A stretch of DNA of 64,000 nucleotides from Thermoplasmata archaeon. Its GTDB lineage: Archaea; Thermoplasmatota; SW-10-69-26; JACQPN01; JAJPHT01. Positions 37,436 through 48,694 of the stretch are shown here, one piece after another. The translations under genes and the position numbers were made by a program. Numbering within the stretch: the first letter of the stretch is position 1; every line of letters starts with the position of its first letter. The stretch spans positions 1 to 64,000 of the forward strand of contig JAXDQU010000011.1 of NCBI GenBank assembly GCA_034667685.1. The letters are read 5' to 3'. Under the pieces are notes generated by a model. The model had not been told where the DNA came from. It ran no database searches and was given only the letters and a program-made list of their open reading frames with translations.

Positions 37436-38800
37436 GTGGACCTTCCGAACGCGAAGCGCGCGCAGGTGCTCGTCGGCATCCTGTTCACGGTGATCCTCGC
37501 CGGGCTGGACAACACCATCGTGGGCACGATCATGCCCGTCGCGCGCGCCGAGCTGGGAAGCCCCGGGCTCTACGCGTGGGCCTTCGCGGCCTACATGCTC
37601 GCCACGGCCATCTCGATGCCGCTCTGGGGTCCGGGCAGCGACCGCTGGGGGCGCAAGCGCACGTACCTCGTGGGCATCGCGGTGTTCACGCTGGGCAGCG
37701 CGCTCTGCGCGGCCGCGCCCACGATGCCGCTCTTCATCGCCGCGCGCACGCTCCAGGGCCTCGGCGCGGGCGCCGTGTCGAGCCTGCCCTTCATCGTGCT
37801 GGGCGTCGTCTTCCCGCCGCAGATGCGCGGCAAGGCGCTGGGCGTCGTGTCGAGCGCGTGGGCGATCGCGAGCGTCGCGGGCCCGGCGATGGGCTCCGCC
37901 GTCACGAGCTTCACCTCGTGGCGCTGGGCGTTCCTCATCAACGTCCCCATCGCGCTCCTGGCGGGCGCGCTGATCCTCCTCGCCATGCCCGAGAGCCACG
38001 GCGACCGCGAGGGGCGCTTCGACCTCGCGGGGGCGCTGCTCGCGGGCGTGGGCGGCGGCCTCCTGGTCTGGGCGTTCGTCGACATGGGCGAGGGGACGAT
38101 CGGCACGACGGAGTACGCGCTGGCCCTGGGCGGCCTCGCGCTGCTCGCGCTCTTCGTCTGGGTCGAGTCGCGCGCCGCGAAGCCGATCCTGCCGCTCGAC
38201 CTCTTCCGCCACCGCGGATACGCCGCGTCGATGGCCGCGAGCCTGCTCCTCTTCTTCACCGCGTTCGGCATCAGCGCCTACCTTCCGCTGCGCGCGCACG
38301 ACGTCCACGGGCCCGGCGCGGTGGGCTGGGTCGTGGGCGTGTTCACCATCGGCTGGAGCGGCTGCGCGTTCACCGCGGGGCGCATCGTCCACCGCGTGGG
38401 CGAGAGATCGCTGGGCCTCGTGGGCGTCGCGGTCCACGTCGCGGGCTTCCTCGCGCTCGCGCTCTTCTTCGACCGCAGCCTCGCGGCGGCGTGCCTCGCG
38501 GCCGGCGTCTGCGGCGCGGGCATGGGCATCCTCTCGCCCGGGCTCACGGTGGTCGTCCAGAACAGCGTCGAGGTGCGGCGCATGGCGAGCGCGACCACGA
38601 GCCAGCAGTTCGTCCGCCAGATCAGCGCCGCGCTGGGCGTCTCCGCGTTCGTGCTGCTCGCCGGGCTCCGCGGGTTCGTCTGGAGCCTCTACGCCTTCGC
38701 GCTCGTGGCGGCCGTCGCGCTCGCGTTCGTGGCGCTGCTGCCGCCGCACTCGCTCTCGGCTCACGGACCGGCCGGCGCGGCGCCGGCCGGCGAGCCCTGA
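37436..38800 (+). CDS. MFS drug:H+ antiporter (DHA2-like)
   Basis: LDNTIV, SDRWGRK, ARTLQGLG, WRWAFLINVP. Confidence 0.9.
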   Translation: MDLPNAKRAQVLVGILFTVILAGLDNTIVGTIMPVARAELGSPGLYAWAFAAYMLATAISMPLWGPGSDRWGRKRTYLVGIAVFTLGSALCAAAPTMPLFIAARTLQGLGAGAVSSLPFIVLGVVFPPQMRGKALGVVSSAWAIASVAGPAMGSAVTSFTSWRWAFLINVPIALLAGALILLAMPESHGDREGRFDLAGALLAGVGGGLLVWAFVDMGEGTIGTTEYALALGGLALLALFVWVESRAAKPILPLDLFRHRGYAASMAASLLLFFTAFGISAYLPLRAHDVHGPGAVGWVVGVFTIGWSGCAFTAGRIVHRVGERSLGLVGVAVHVAGFLALALFFDRSLAAACLAAGVCGAGMGILSPGLTVVVQNSVEVRRMASATTSQQFVRQISAALGVSAFVLLAGLRGFVWSLYAFALVAAVALAFVALLPPHSLSAHGPAGAAPAGEP

Positions 38801-40377
38801 GGCCCGGCGAGGGTCGCCGCCAGGCGCAGCGACGAGCGGTAACGCCGCGGCGCCCCGCCGTCGTGCTCGACGAGGCCCAGGCCCCCGAGCCGGCGGAGGT
38901 GGTACGCGACGAGGCGCCGGGGGAGCCCGGTCCGCGCGATGATATCACCCTGGGTCAGGCCCTCCGGCGCGGCGCCCACGACCTCGGCGAGACGGCGGCG
39001 CGTGCCGGACTTGAGCTGCGCCTTCGCGCGCAACGTCTCCGGGTCGAGGGAGCGCCGGGCAGGCAGGTAGAGCAGGCGCCCCTCCACGCGACGCGAGACG
39101 ATGAGCCGCTGCGCCTCCAGGACCGCGAGATGGTGGCGCACGACGACGCGGGCGATGCCGGTCGCGCGCGAGACGTCCGCGGGACATTGGCCCGGCGAGT
39201 CGGAAAGAAGCGCGTGGATGCGGGCGCGGTTCGCGTTCGCCAGCGCGTCGGCCGGCGCGATGCGCGAGTAGAGCGGCACGAGCAGCGCGCGCGCCAGGAG
39301 CACGAGCGCCGCGAGGATCGCGCCGCCCAGGCCGATGCGCGCCGCGAGGGCCGCGGACGAGGCGGACGCGCCGGCCGCCGCGCGCGTCTCGTGATCGCCC
39401 ACGCGCACGAGGGTCGCGTCGCCGCGCACGCCCGAGGCGAGGGGCGCGCCCCCCAGCGCGTCGGTGGCCGGGGCGCCGGCGGAGGGAGAGCGCGTCGCGT
39501 CGAGGAGCAAGGCGCCTTCGAGGCGGATCGGCTGGTGGCGGAACGAGGTCTGGTTGCCGGCGTAGTCCAGCGTGCCGCTGGCGTCGGGCGAGGCGAGCGC
39601 GCCCTGGAGGTCGAGCTCCGCCTTCTCGGCGAGCAGCTCGGCGGGGCCGCTCCCCTGGAGCACGGACGCTCCGGTCAGGTTGAGCCAGGCGTGGCGGTCG
39701 ACGCCCTGGTAGACGACGGGTGGGAGCGGCGCGACGGCGGGGTCGCGGCTCGTCGTCGCGTCGAGCGACTCGTTGCCGCGCGCGGTCTCGACGATGGCGG
39801 AGGCGCCCTTCAGGAAGAGGGTCACGCGGCCCGAGGCGAGAAGATGCGGCGACCCACCCAGGAGAGCCGGTCCCGCAACGAGCGCGCCGGTGGGCTCGTC
39901 GCGCCTGAAGGCGTCTTCGCCCGTGCATTCACGGCTGCAAAAACGCTCGCCAAGCGGGAGCGTGGCGAGGCGGCCCGACGCGTTCCCCTCGAGGCCGAGG
40001 CGGCCTCCCCCCGAGACGACGAGGATGACGCGGCAATCCTCCTGGCACGCGAAGCTTCGGATCGTCGCGTTGGAGGTCTGGATGGGGTCGTCGGCCGGGC
40101 CGCTCTGGGGTCCTTCCTCCACGGGCCCTGCTTGGGCTCCGACGATGCTGCGCGTGATCCGGTGCCCGTCCACGAGGCTCGCGTGCAGCGCGAGCGGCGC
40201 CCCGGCGCGCACGAAGGGGGTCAGGTTGAGCACGCCATCGGCCGTCGACAACACGACGTGGCCCGAGAGATCGATGCCGATCGCGGGATCGAGCGAGCCC
40301 CGGATCGGCGAGGCGCCCGCGAAGGCCGCCACGAGAAGCGTCGTGGCGAGCGCGGCGTAGACGCCTCCGCGGAGCAT
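38761..40377 (-). CDS. Receptor-like membrane-anchored tandem wHTH regulator, copy 1
   Basis: Signal peptide, ectodomain with CQEDC, TM helix, LYSRI, ARVVVRHHL, RRLVAYHL. Confidence 0.8.
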   Translation of the reverse strand: MLRGGVYAALATTLLVAAFAGASPIRGSLDPAIGIDLSGHVVLSTADGVLNLTPFVRAGAPLALHASLVDGHRITRSIVGAQAGPVEEGPQSGPADDPIQTSNATIRSFACQEDCRVILVVSGGGRLGLEGNASGRLATLPLGERFCSRECTGEDAFRRDEPTGALVAGPALLGGSPHLLASGRVTLFLKGASAIVETARGNESLDATTSRDPAVAPLPPVVYQGVDRHAWLNLTGASVLQGSGPAELLAEKAELDLQGALASPDASGTLDYAGNQTSFRHQPIRLEGALLLDATRSPSAGAPATDALGGAPLASGVRGDATLVRVGDHETRAAAGASASSAALAARIGLGGAILAALVLLARALLVPLYSRIAPADALANANRARIHALLSDSPGQCPADVSRATGIARVVVRHHLAVLEAQRLIVSRRVEGRLLYLPARRSLDPETLRAKAQLKSGTRRRLAEVVGAAPEGLTQGDIIARTGLPRRLVAYHLRRLGGLGLVEHDGGAPRRYRSSLRLAATLAGPQGSPAGAAPAGP

Positions 40378-40447
40378 GCGGGGCGGAGTGCGCCCGCGAG
40401 GACTTGAGCGTTCGCGTGCGCGCTGCCCCGCCGGGTACAACATGCGA

Positions 40448-40461
40448 CTACGCACCTTATG
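40448..40461 (+). promoter_or_regulatory. Shared CTAC-N3-CCTTATG motif (TATA-like)
   Basis: Ends 25 nt before ATG 40487; same motif at 44000-44013. Confidence 0.55.
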
Positions 40462-40486
40462 TTGTGGCCCGCGCACACCCGCCCCG

Positions 40487-40879
40487 ATGGGCACCTTCCG
40501 TTTGGGCCTCGCCCTCGTCCTGACCCTCGCGCTCGCCGCCCCCCTGGCGAGCGCCATTCCCCTCTACCCCGGCAATCCCCCCTTCGTGGTCGGGGGTCCG
40601 CTGGGTCGGCTCCTGAGCCAGGATCCCGTGGGCCACATCGCCAAAGTGAACGCCCCCTGCGCCCAGGACGCGCAGGCGTGCCTGATCAACGAGCTCCTGG
40701 AGTACTGCGTGTACCACCCCGACGCGCCCGTCTGCGTCCAGACGGCGGAGGAAGTCGCATGGATGATCGTGTGCCTGACGCCGGACCAGGGCGTCGGGCT
40801 CAACCTCGAGGGACCGGGAAGCGGATGCATGCCACTCACGAGCTACGTCCCGCCGCCCCCCTCCGGCCTACCGCCGTGA
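40487..40879 (+). CDS. Small secreted Cys/Pro-rich protein, partner of copy 1
   Basis: Signal peptide ending ASA; 6 Cys; 130 aa; divergent from the regulator. Confidence 0.7.
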   Translation: MGTFRLGLALVLTLALAAPLASAIPLYPGNPPFVVGGPLGRLLSQDPVGHIAKVNAPCAQDAQACLINELLEYCVYHPDAPVCVQTAEEVAWMIVCLTPDQGVGLNLEGPGSGCMPLTSYVPPPPSGLPP

Positions 40880-41635
40880 GCGCGCCTTGAGCATCGCCCG
40901 CGCCGCGGCGTGGGGCGCCACCGCGTTCGCCGCGCGGCCGATCGCGCCCACCAGCGAAAGATCGACCTCGGGCGTGCGGCGCTTCGCGGCGCGGACGAGC
41001 GCCTTCGCGACGTGCTCCACGCTCTGGCTTCCGGGCACCTTGGCGCGGGCTCCTGGCGCGCCGGGCGCGGCGAGCCGCCGGTCCGCGAAGCCGGTGTCCA
41101 CGCCGCCGGGCGACAGCAACGTCAGGCCCACGCCGTCGGCCTCCAGCTCGGGGCGCGCGCTGCGCGTCCAGCCCGTGAGGGCCCACTTGCTCGCCGCGTA
41201 GACGGACGAGAGCGGCACGGGCGCCTTGCCCGCCTGCGAGCCCACCACGACGACGTGCCCCTTGGCGGCGCGCAGCGCGGGGCCGAACGCATGGACGGTC
41301 CGCAGCACGCCCACGAGGTTCGTGTCGAGCACGCGCGTGACGTCCTCCATCGGCATGTCGAGGAACGCGCCGTACTGGCCCACGCCCGCGTTCGCCACGA
41401 GGACGTCCACCGCGGGACCGCACGACGCGGCGAACGCGCGCACGTCGGCCTCGCTCGTGACGTCGCACGCGCGCCACACGGCCTCGGGCGCGCCGAGCCC
41501 CTTGGCGACCTCGGCCACCTCGCGCAGCGCGGGCCCGTGGCGCGCGCAGAGCGCGAGGCGCGCCCCCTCGCGCGCGAAGGCGAGCGCGGCGGCCTTGCCG
41601 ATGCCGCTGGAGGCGCCGGTGATGACGACGAGCAT
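40868..41635 (-). CDS. Short-chain dehydrogenase/reductase
   Basis: TGASSGIG, ANAG, YAASK. Confidence 0.92.
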   Translation of the reverse strand: MLVVITGASSGIGKAAALAFAREGARLALCARHGPALREVAEVAKGLGAPEAVWRACDVTSEADVRAFAASCGPAVDVLVANAGVGQYGAFLDMPMEDVTRVLDTNLVGVLRTVHAFGPALRAAKGHVVVVGSQAGKAPVPLSSVYAASKWALTGWTRSARPELEADGVGLTLLSPGGVDTGFADRRLAAPGAPGARAKVPGSQSVEHVAKALVRAAKRRTPEVDLSLVGAIGRAANAVAPHAAARAMLKARSRR

Positions 41636-41639
41636 GGTC

Positions 41640-42293
41640 TCACTTCGCCGGGATCATCTTCAGCGCGTGCGTCCACTTGCCCGTGCGGAAGCCGTGCACG
41701 ATCCAGACGAGCGCGATCGCCTCGAGCAGGCGCGCGGCCTCGATCCCGCCCAGGTCGATGATATCACGCCAGCCCAGCTCGCGCAGCAGCTCCTCGGCGC
41801 GCCGCTTCGCCGCCTCGTCGTCGCCCGCGACGAACATGGTCGGATCGCCGAACGCGCCCGGGTCGTCCATCTGCGCATGGCTCACGACGTTGAGCGTCTT
41901 GACGACCTTCGCGCCCGGCGCCCAGCGCTGCACGCGCTCGCCCGCGCTGTCGTTCCCCGAGACGGCCAGGAGGGGAGGAAGGCCACCCTCGCGGTACGTC
42001 AACGGGTTCGTCACGTCGATGAGGAGCTTGCCGCGCAGCCGCTCCGGCCCCGCCAGGCGCACCGCGTTCTCCGTGCCCGACCAGTCGGTCGCCAGCACGA
42101 CGACCTCGCCGAACGTCGCGGCCTCGGCGTTGGTGCCCGCCTTCGCCCCGGTCTCCTTCGTCCACGCCACGACATCCTCGCGCCCCGGCTCGCGCGTCCC
42201 CATCGTCACCGGATGGCCGAGCTTCGCGAACGCGCCCGCGAGCTGCTTGCCCACATCGCCCGAGCCGATCACGCCGATCTTGAGCTTCGACAT
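41640..42293 (-). CDS. NADPH-dependent F420 reductase-like dinucleotide-binding protein
   Basis: GVIGSGDVG, IDVTNP, VVKTLN, AGDD, DLGG. Confidence 0.85.
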   Translation of the reverse strand: MSKLKIGVIGSGDVGKQLAGAFAKLGHPVTMGTREPGREDVVAWTKETGAKAGTNAEAATFGEVVVLATDWSGTENAVRLAGPERLRGKLLIDVTNPLTYREGGLPPLLAVSGNDSAGERVQRWAPGAKVVKTLNVVSHAQMDDPGAFGDPTMFVAGDDEAAKRRAEELLRELGWRDIIDLGGIEAARLLEAIALVWIVHGFRTGKWTHALKMIPAK

Positions 42294-42328
42294 GGCCTGG
42301 CATCGGGCGATCCCCGGATGAACCCGGC

Positions 42329-43921
42329 CTAGGATGCCGCAGGCGTGGTCTGCAGCGCGGGCCCCGCGACGTAGCGCTGCGGCATGCCCGGCTCCCGGCG
42401 GACCAGGCCCGCCGACTCCATGCGCTGGAGGTGGTGCGCCACCAGGCGGCGCGACAGGCCGGTCAGGCCCGCGAGCTGCATCTGCGTCTGCGGCGCGGGC
42501 GCGCTTGCGAGCGCCTGCGCGATCCGCGCGCGCGACGCATCGCGCAGGAGCCAGCCCGCGTCCGTCGCCGCGCCCTCGTTGACGCGCTCCGGCGGCGCGA
42601 ACGCCACGCTGCGCCCGTGCGGCCGCGCCACGAGCATCTTGTGCACCACGAGCATCCGCAGGTGGTGCTGCGCCACGACGCGCGCCAGCCCCGCCTCGCG
42701 CGCCACCTCCGTGGCGGTGAGCCCCGGACGCGCCGAAAGGAGCGCGAGGATGCGCTGCCGGTTCTCGTTCGCGAGCACGGTCGCATGGTTGATGCGGCTG
42801 TAGAAGGGCGCCGCGAGGGCGTGGCGGGCGAGGAAGATCGCCAGCGCGGCGAACGCGAGCAGCGAGATCCCCGCCGCGGCCTGGGCCGGCGTCGTCGGCT
42901 CAGGGCGAAGCGGGATCGCCACCCCTCCGACGCTGGCGACGCGCGCCTGGCCCGAGAAGGTCCCGGCGACGGCATTGAGCGCGCCCGCTTCCTTCAGCGA
43001 TTCTGGGGGATCCGGCCGCCGGGGATCGAACGTCAGCGTGCCCTCCAGCTTGAGCGCATCCTTGTCCAGGACGTACCGGTGGCCATCCACCTCCATCCAG
43101 CCGCTGGTCGAGGGCGCGGCGAGGGCGCCGTCGAGCGCGACGCGCAGCGTGGGCGCCAGGAGGGAGCCCGCCGCGTTGGGGACCTGGACGTCCGAGCCGT
43201 CGAGGTCGAGCACGAGGAAACGCTCCGTCTCCTTCTGGGCCAGCGTCTGGGTCCCGGCTGGTCCGAGCACGGGCGTGGTGAACCGCCCCGTGTCAAAGCT
43301 TGCCTCGCCGCCGGTGTCGTTGCGGAGCGTGACTTGGACGCCGTAGGCCATGACCTCGATCTGGCCGGTCGCGCGGGCGGTGGCCGAGGAGAGGCCCGGC
43401 CCGGCGGCCGCGCCGAACGGGACAAGGTAGCTGCCCGCGGGAGCCTCGTAGTAGTAGTTGTCGGGCGTCCCCTCCTGGAGCGCGTTCACGGCGAAGACGA
43501 GCGGGAGCGCGGTCAACGCGGGGAGCCGCGCGGACGCGCCCGAAACCGACAGGGCGCCGTGGCCTTCCGGGTAGACGACGAGCTCGCATCCGTCGCGGCA
43601 GCCCGAGAACGTGACGTTGCCGGAGAGGAGCGAGACGGTGTCGTTCTCGGGCACGTCCTGGCTTGCGGGGCCCTGGGCAACACGGGTGCGGGAGGTCGTG
43701 ACCACGTAGCCGTGGGCCGCCCGCGCGTGGGCCACGAGCGTCCCGCCTAGCCGAAGGGAGGGCGCAAGGTCCAGGAGGCCCGCGTCCGCGCTCGTCACGG
43801 CGTGGCCGGTGGCCGAGCCGCCATGGCCGAAGACGAGGTCGCCGCGGACCGCCGAGGTCGCCAGCGCGGCAGGCGTCAGGAGCAGGACCAGCGTCGCGAT
43901 CGTGATGAGCGAAGCGCGCAT
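42329..43921 (-). CDS. Receptor-like membrane-anchored tandem wHTH regulator, copy 2
   Basis: Signal peptide, CRDGC, TM helix, FYSRI, ARVVAQHHL, RRLVAHHL. Confidence 0.8.
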   Translation of the reverse strand: MRASLITIATLVLLLTPAALATSAVRGDLVFGHGGSATGHAVTSADAGLLDLAPSLRLGGTLVAHARAAHGYVVTTSRTRVAQGPASQDVPENDTVSLLSGNVTFSGCRDGCELVVYPEGHGALSVSGASARLPALTALPLVFAVNALQEGTPDNYYYEAPAGSYLVPFGAAAGPGLSSATARATGQIEVMAYGVQVTLRNDTGGEASFDTGRFTTPVLGPAGTQTLAQKETERFLVLDLDGSDVQVPNAAGSLLAPTLRVALDGALAAPSTSGWMEVDGHRYVLDKDALKLEGTLTFDPRRPDPPESLKEAGALNAVAGTFSGQARVASVGGVAIPLRPEPTTPAQAAAGISLLAFAALAIFLARHALAAPFYSRINHATVLANENRQRILALLSARPGLTATEVAREAGLARVVAQHHLRMLVVHKMLVARPHGRSVAFAPPERVNEGAATDAGWLLRDASRARIAQALASAPAPQTQMQLAGLTGLSRRLVAHHLQRMESAGLVRREPGMPQRYVAGPALQTTPAAS

Positions 43922-43999
43922 CGAAGCCTCCGGAGCGCACGAGGCGATCCACGGAGAAAAGCCCACCGCCGGGGTCCACGAGGGCTGGAAACCGAACGC

Positions 44000-44013
44000 C
44001 TACTAGCCTTATG
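44000..44013 (+). promoter_or_regulatory. Shared CTAC-N3-CCTTATG motif (TATA-like)
   Basis: Ends 24 nt before ATG 44038. Confidence 0.55.
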
Positions 44014-44037
44014 ATGGCCCGGCTCCACTACGCGCGC

Positions 44038-44289
44038 ATGAGGCTGTTCCTGTTAGGGCTTCTTCTCATGCTTCTCGTCGTCGTGGCTTCTCCTGCGTTG
44101 GCGACGCCGCCGCTTCCCGTTCCGGACAACCCCCTGGGGCCGCTCCCCCCGAGCCCCGATCTGGCGTGCGTCACGCCCGGCGACCCCCTGCACCACCCGC
44201 CGTACCTGTGCCACGTCGACAGGCTCTTCTCGCCGCTGCTGACGGAAATCCTGTGCTCCCCGGGCAACGTGCCCGGCTGTTACTCCTGA
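44038..44289 (+). CDS. Small secreted Cys/Pro-rich protein, partner of copy 2
   Basis: Signal peptide ending ALA; 4 Cys; 83 aa; divergent from the regulator. Confidence 0.7.
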   Translation: MRLFLLGLLLMLLVVVASPALATPPLPVPDNPLGPLPPSPDLACVTPGDPLHHPPYLCHVDRLFSPLLTEILCSPGNVPGCYS

Positions 44290-44343
44290 GCCGGTCGCGG
44301 CCCGCGCGGGCAAAACGCCCGCGCGGGCGAGAGGATCCGGACC

Positions 44344-45699
<1,356 letters not shown>

Positions 45700-45923
45700 G
45701 GAATGCACACCTTCGGCCACGCGGGGCCGCTGGCCCATCGAGTGGGATCGCGTACTTATGGGTTTCCGAAAAACAGAGCGACGCCCGCACGGCCAGTGGG
45801 CCATTTCACGTACGTTTGCACACCATTTCCGATGGAGCTTGATCCGTCTGGCCGGAACGATCGGAAGAAGCTGGGCGGCGCGGCGCGCAATCCCGCACAC
45901 CTGTCGGGCCAGGCGCGCCCCGC

Positions 45924-47459
45924 TCAGCCGCTCGCCGCGTCGGCGGAGAGCGCCGGCGCGAGCGGGCTCGCGCGATAGCGGCGCGGCGACGCTCCGTCGT
46001 GCGGCTCCAGGAAGCCGGCCTGCTCCAGCCGGCCCAGGTGGTACGACACGAGCCGCTGCGAGAAGCCGGTGCGCTCCACCAGATCGCGCTGCGTGAGGCC
46101 GGCCGGCGCGCCGGCGACCAGCGCCGCGATGGCGCGCCGCGTCGGATCGCGCACGCTCGCCGAGCGCTCGACCTCGCGCGGAGCGACCTCGCCCACGACG
46201 TGATAGCACCGGATCGCGCCGTGCCGCTGGCTCGCGACGTGGCCGCTGTTCTCCAGCATCCGCAGGTGGTGCCGCACGACGATGCGGTGCGCGCCGGTCC
46301 AGCGCACGAGGTCGGCCGTCGTGGCCGCCGGCCGCTCCAGGAGCAGCGCGTGGATGCGCTGGCGCATGGGGTGCTTGAGCGCGCGCGAGGGCGCGATGCG
46401 CGTGTAGAGCGCGAGCGCGCCCGCGACCGCGAGCAGGCCCAGGATGGTGACGCCGCCCGCGACGGCGGCCTTCTGGGCGCTCAGGCCTCCGAGAAGATCC
46501 ACGCCGGCGGCGGACGCCCGCGTGGCGGTGCCCACGAGGCTGATCCTCATCGGCTCCGGGGCCGGCGCGAGCAGGCCGCTGGCCTGGCGCGACCCCGAGA
46601 CCGCGACCTGCAGCGCGCCTTCCAGCGCGAGCGTCCCCCCGCCCAGCGAGTGGGGGATCCAGCCCACGGTGATGTCGCCCGCCGCGCTCCCGGCGGCGAG
46701 GCGGCCCTGCACGTCCACGGCGTCCGTGGTCCCCTCCAGCGTGAAGGGCGAGAGCCCCTCGATGCGCGGGTCGACGAGATCGAGCCACACCCACCGCGTG
46801 TGGGCCTGGGTGAGGAGCGGCTGGCCGGGCGCGTCGCTGCGCGGCTCCTCCCGCTCGAACGTGTCGATCTCGCCCGCGCTCGTGTGGAGCGTCGCGTTGA
46901 GCAGGACGAGGTGGACGTGCGAGGGGAGGACGGGGGTGCCGGCGGCGCCGGTGGCCTCCAGCGTTCCGGCCGGCTCGGTCACGACGTACTCGGAGTCCGG
47001 CCCGCTGCCGGCGGTCGAGGTCCGGAAGGTCCGGGGGCGGTCGAGCTCGTGCAACGCGAGCTGGTCCGTCTCGACGCCGAGCGGATCGCTCGATGCGAGC
47101 ACGAGGAAGCAGCTCTCCTTGCACGTGATGGTGGCGCCCTGCGTCGCGCCGAGCGAGAGCGCGCTCCGGGTCCCGTTGGGCGTGCCGTAGCCTGGCGAGT
47201 GCGGCCAGATCGGCAGGCCGGTGTGGACGAGCTGGTGATAGCGGTCGATCTGCTCGCCCCGGGCCGAGGCGAAGGAGAGGGAGATCGGATGCCCCGGCGC
47301 CGCCGAGAGGTCGAGGAGCCCGTCCGTCGCCCGCGCCGAGATCGCGCCTTGAAGGCCCACGCCGCCCACGAGCGTCGCCTGGGCGTGGACCGGAGCGCCC
47401 GCGCTGGCCCCGGCGGCGGGGAGGAGGACGAGGAGCGCGACGAGCAGGGCGGCTCGCAT
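45924..47459 (-). CDS. Receptor-like membrane-anchored tandem wHTH regulator, copy 3
   Basis: Signal peptide, CKESC, TM helix, LYTRI, HRIVVRHHL, QRLVSYHL. Confidence 0.8.
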   Translation of the reverse strand: MRAALLVALLVLLPAAGASAGAPVHAQATLVGGVGLQGAISARATDGLLDLSAAPGHPISLSFASARGEQIDRYHQLVHTGLPIWPHSPGYGTPNGTRSALSLGATQGATITCKESCFLVLASSDPLGVETDQLALHELDRPRTFRTSTAGSGPDSEYVVTEPAGTLEATGAAGTPVLPSHVHLVLLNATLHTSAGEIDTFEREEPRSDAPGQPLLTQAHTRWVWLDLVDPRIEGLSPFTLEGTTDAVDVQGRLAAGSAAGDITVGWIPHSLGGGTLALEGALQVAVSGSRQASGLLAPAPEPMRISLVGTATRASAAGVDLLGGLSAQKAAVAGGVTILGLLAVAGALALYTRIAPSRALKHPMRQRIHALLLERPAATTADLVRWTGAHRIVVRHHLRMLENSGHVASQRHGAIRCYHVVGEVAPREVERSASVRDPTRRAIAALVAGAPAGLTQRDLVERTGFSQRLVSYHLGRLEQAGFLEPHDGASPRRYRASPLAPALSADAASG

Positions 47460-47468
47460 CGCATCACC

Positions 47469-47834
47469 TCAGGGGAGCATGGGCAGGCGCGGGATCTGCG
47501 CCGGAGGGAGCGCGACGAGCGGGGGCGGGCTCGGGATCGTGCTGACCGAGTCGACCGTGCAGGTCATGGGGTCGATCTGCTGCGGGTCGGGCTGCGTGTT
47601 GAGCACGCACGTGATCTCGTACTGGACCCAGACCTCGCTGTCGTAGACGTACACCAGGAAGTGGACCACGTTGCCCTCGTACGACGCGCTCGCACCCAGG
47701 CCCAGCCGCGGCATGGTGCATTGGCCATCGTCCGAGATGGGGGGCGATCCCTGCGGGTCGATGCAGGGGTCGGCGGATCCTGTGGGGATCCACGTGGTCG
47801 CAAGGAGGACCAAGACAACGAGAACGCTCTTCAT
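47469..47834 (-). CDS. Small secreted Cys/Pro-rich protein, partner of copy 3
   Basis: Signal peptide; 4 Cys; 121 aa; co-oriented 9 nt upstream of the regulator. Confidence 0.7.
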   Translation of the reverse strand: MKSVLVVLVLLATTWIPTGSADPCIDPQGSPPISDDGQCTMPRLGLGASASYEGNVVHFLVYVYDSEVWVQYEITCVLNTQPDPQQIDPMTCTVDSVSTIPSPPPLVALPPAQIPRLPMLP

Positions 47835-47928
47835 GACAGCAAGTCTCCCGGCGCCCGAGGCCTCTTGCGACGTCATAAACATAGGTAGCCAGCTTGTTTC
47901 TGAGGGCTGCCCGTCCGGAGATGGCCTT

Positions 47929-47986
47929 CAGGATTGGACGAATGACCGATTCTTTCACCGAAGCCCTTTTCATTTGGCCAATCCTG
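47929..47986. promoter_or_regulatory. 17-bp imperfect inverted repeat upstream of the Lrp gene
   Basis: caggattggacgaatga / tcatttggccaatcctg, 15/17 complementary. Confidence 0.5.
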
Positions 47987-48037
47987 CCCCGATCCGTGGA
48001 GCCAACCGAGGGCGCGGACCTGGCCGTTCGCCGGAAG

Positions 48038-48544
48038 ATGGGATTCCTCCTGGAGCAGCCGGTGCGCACGCGCGCCAAGCCCGGCCCGAAGCCGCAGGAG
48101 GGGCTCGACGACGTGGACGTGGGCATCATGCGCGCGCTCAACCAGGACGCCCGCAAGAGCTACCGCGACCTCGCGAAGGAGCTCCAGCTCGCCCTCTCGA
48201 CGGTGAGCGCGCGCGTCAAGCGCCTGGAGGCGCAGGGCTACATCACGGGCTACGTCCCGGTCATCGACGCGCAGAAGCTCGGCTTCGACCTCGTGGTGGT
48301 CGTGGGCGTGAAGATCGCGCACGGCAAGCTCCTGGAGGCGCAGCAGAAGATCGCCAAGCTCGCCCGCGTCTTCGCCGTCTACGACGTGACGGGCGACTGG
48401 GACAGCATCATCATCGCGCGCTTCCGCGACCGCGAGGAGCTCAACGACTTCGTGAAGGACCTGCTCGCGATGCCACACGTGGAGCGCACGGGCACCCAGC
48501 TCGTCCTAAACACGGTGAAAGAGGAGCGGCGCGTCCTCTTCTGA
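48038..48544 (+). CDS. Lrp/AsnC family regulator
   Basis: LDDVD..DARKSYRDLAKEL..RVKRLE..VYDVTGDWD. Confidence 0.92.
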   Translation: MGFLLEQPVRTRAKPGPKPQEGLDDVDVGIMRALNQDARKSYRDLAKELQLALSTVSARVKRLEAQGYITGYVPVIDAQKLGFDLVVVVGVKIAHGKLLEAQQKIAKLARVFAVYDVTGDWDSIIIARFRDREELNDFVKDLLAMPHVERTGTQLVLNTVKEERRVLF

Positions 48545-48583
48545 GCGTCAGGGATTTGCACGATGCGGCGCGAAGAGGCGCGC

Positions 48584-48694
48584 ATGGTCGAGGTCGTCGG
48601 GCCCTGCCCGCTCTGCGGCCAGCCGATCGCCGCCTTCGCGCCGAACGTCGTGACGGCCCACGGGCCCGGCGTCTGCACGCCCGCTCAGTCCTGA
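48584..48694 (+). CDS. CPxCG zinc-finger microprotein (36 aa)
   Basis: MVEVVGPCPLCGQPIAAFAPNVVTAHGPGVCTPAQS. Confidence 0.45.
   Translation: MVEVVGPCPLCGQPIAAFAPNVVTAHGPGVCTPAQS

Noticed and set aside
45700-45923. NrpR box (GGAA-N6-TTCC) upstream of glnA
   Set aside because: Half-sites are present but I found no correctly spaced, correctly oriented pair
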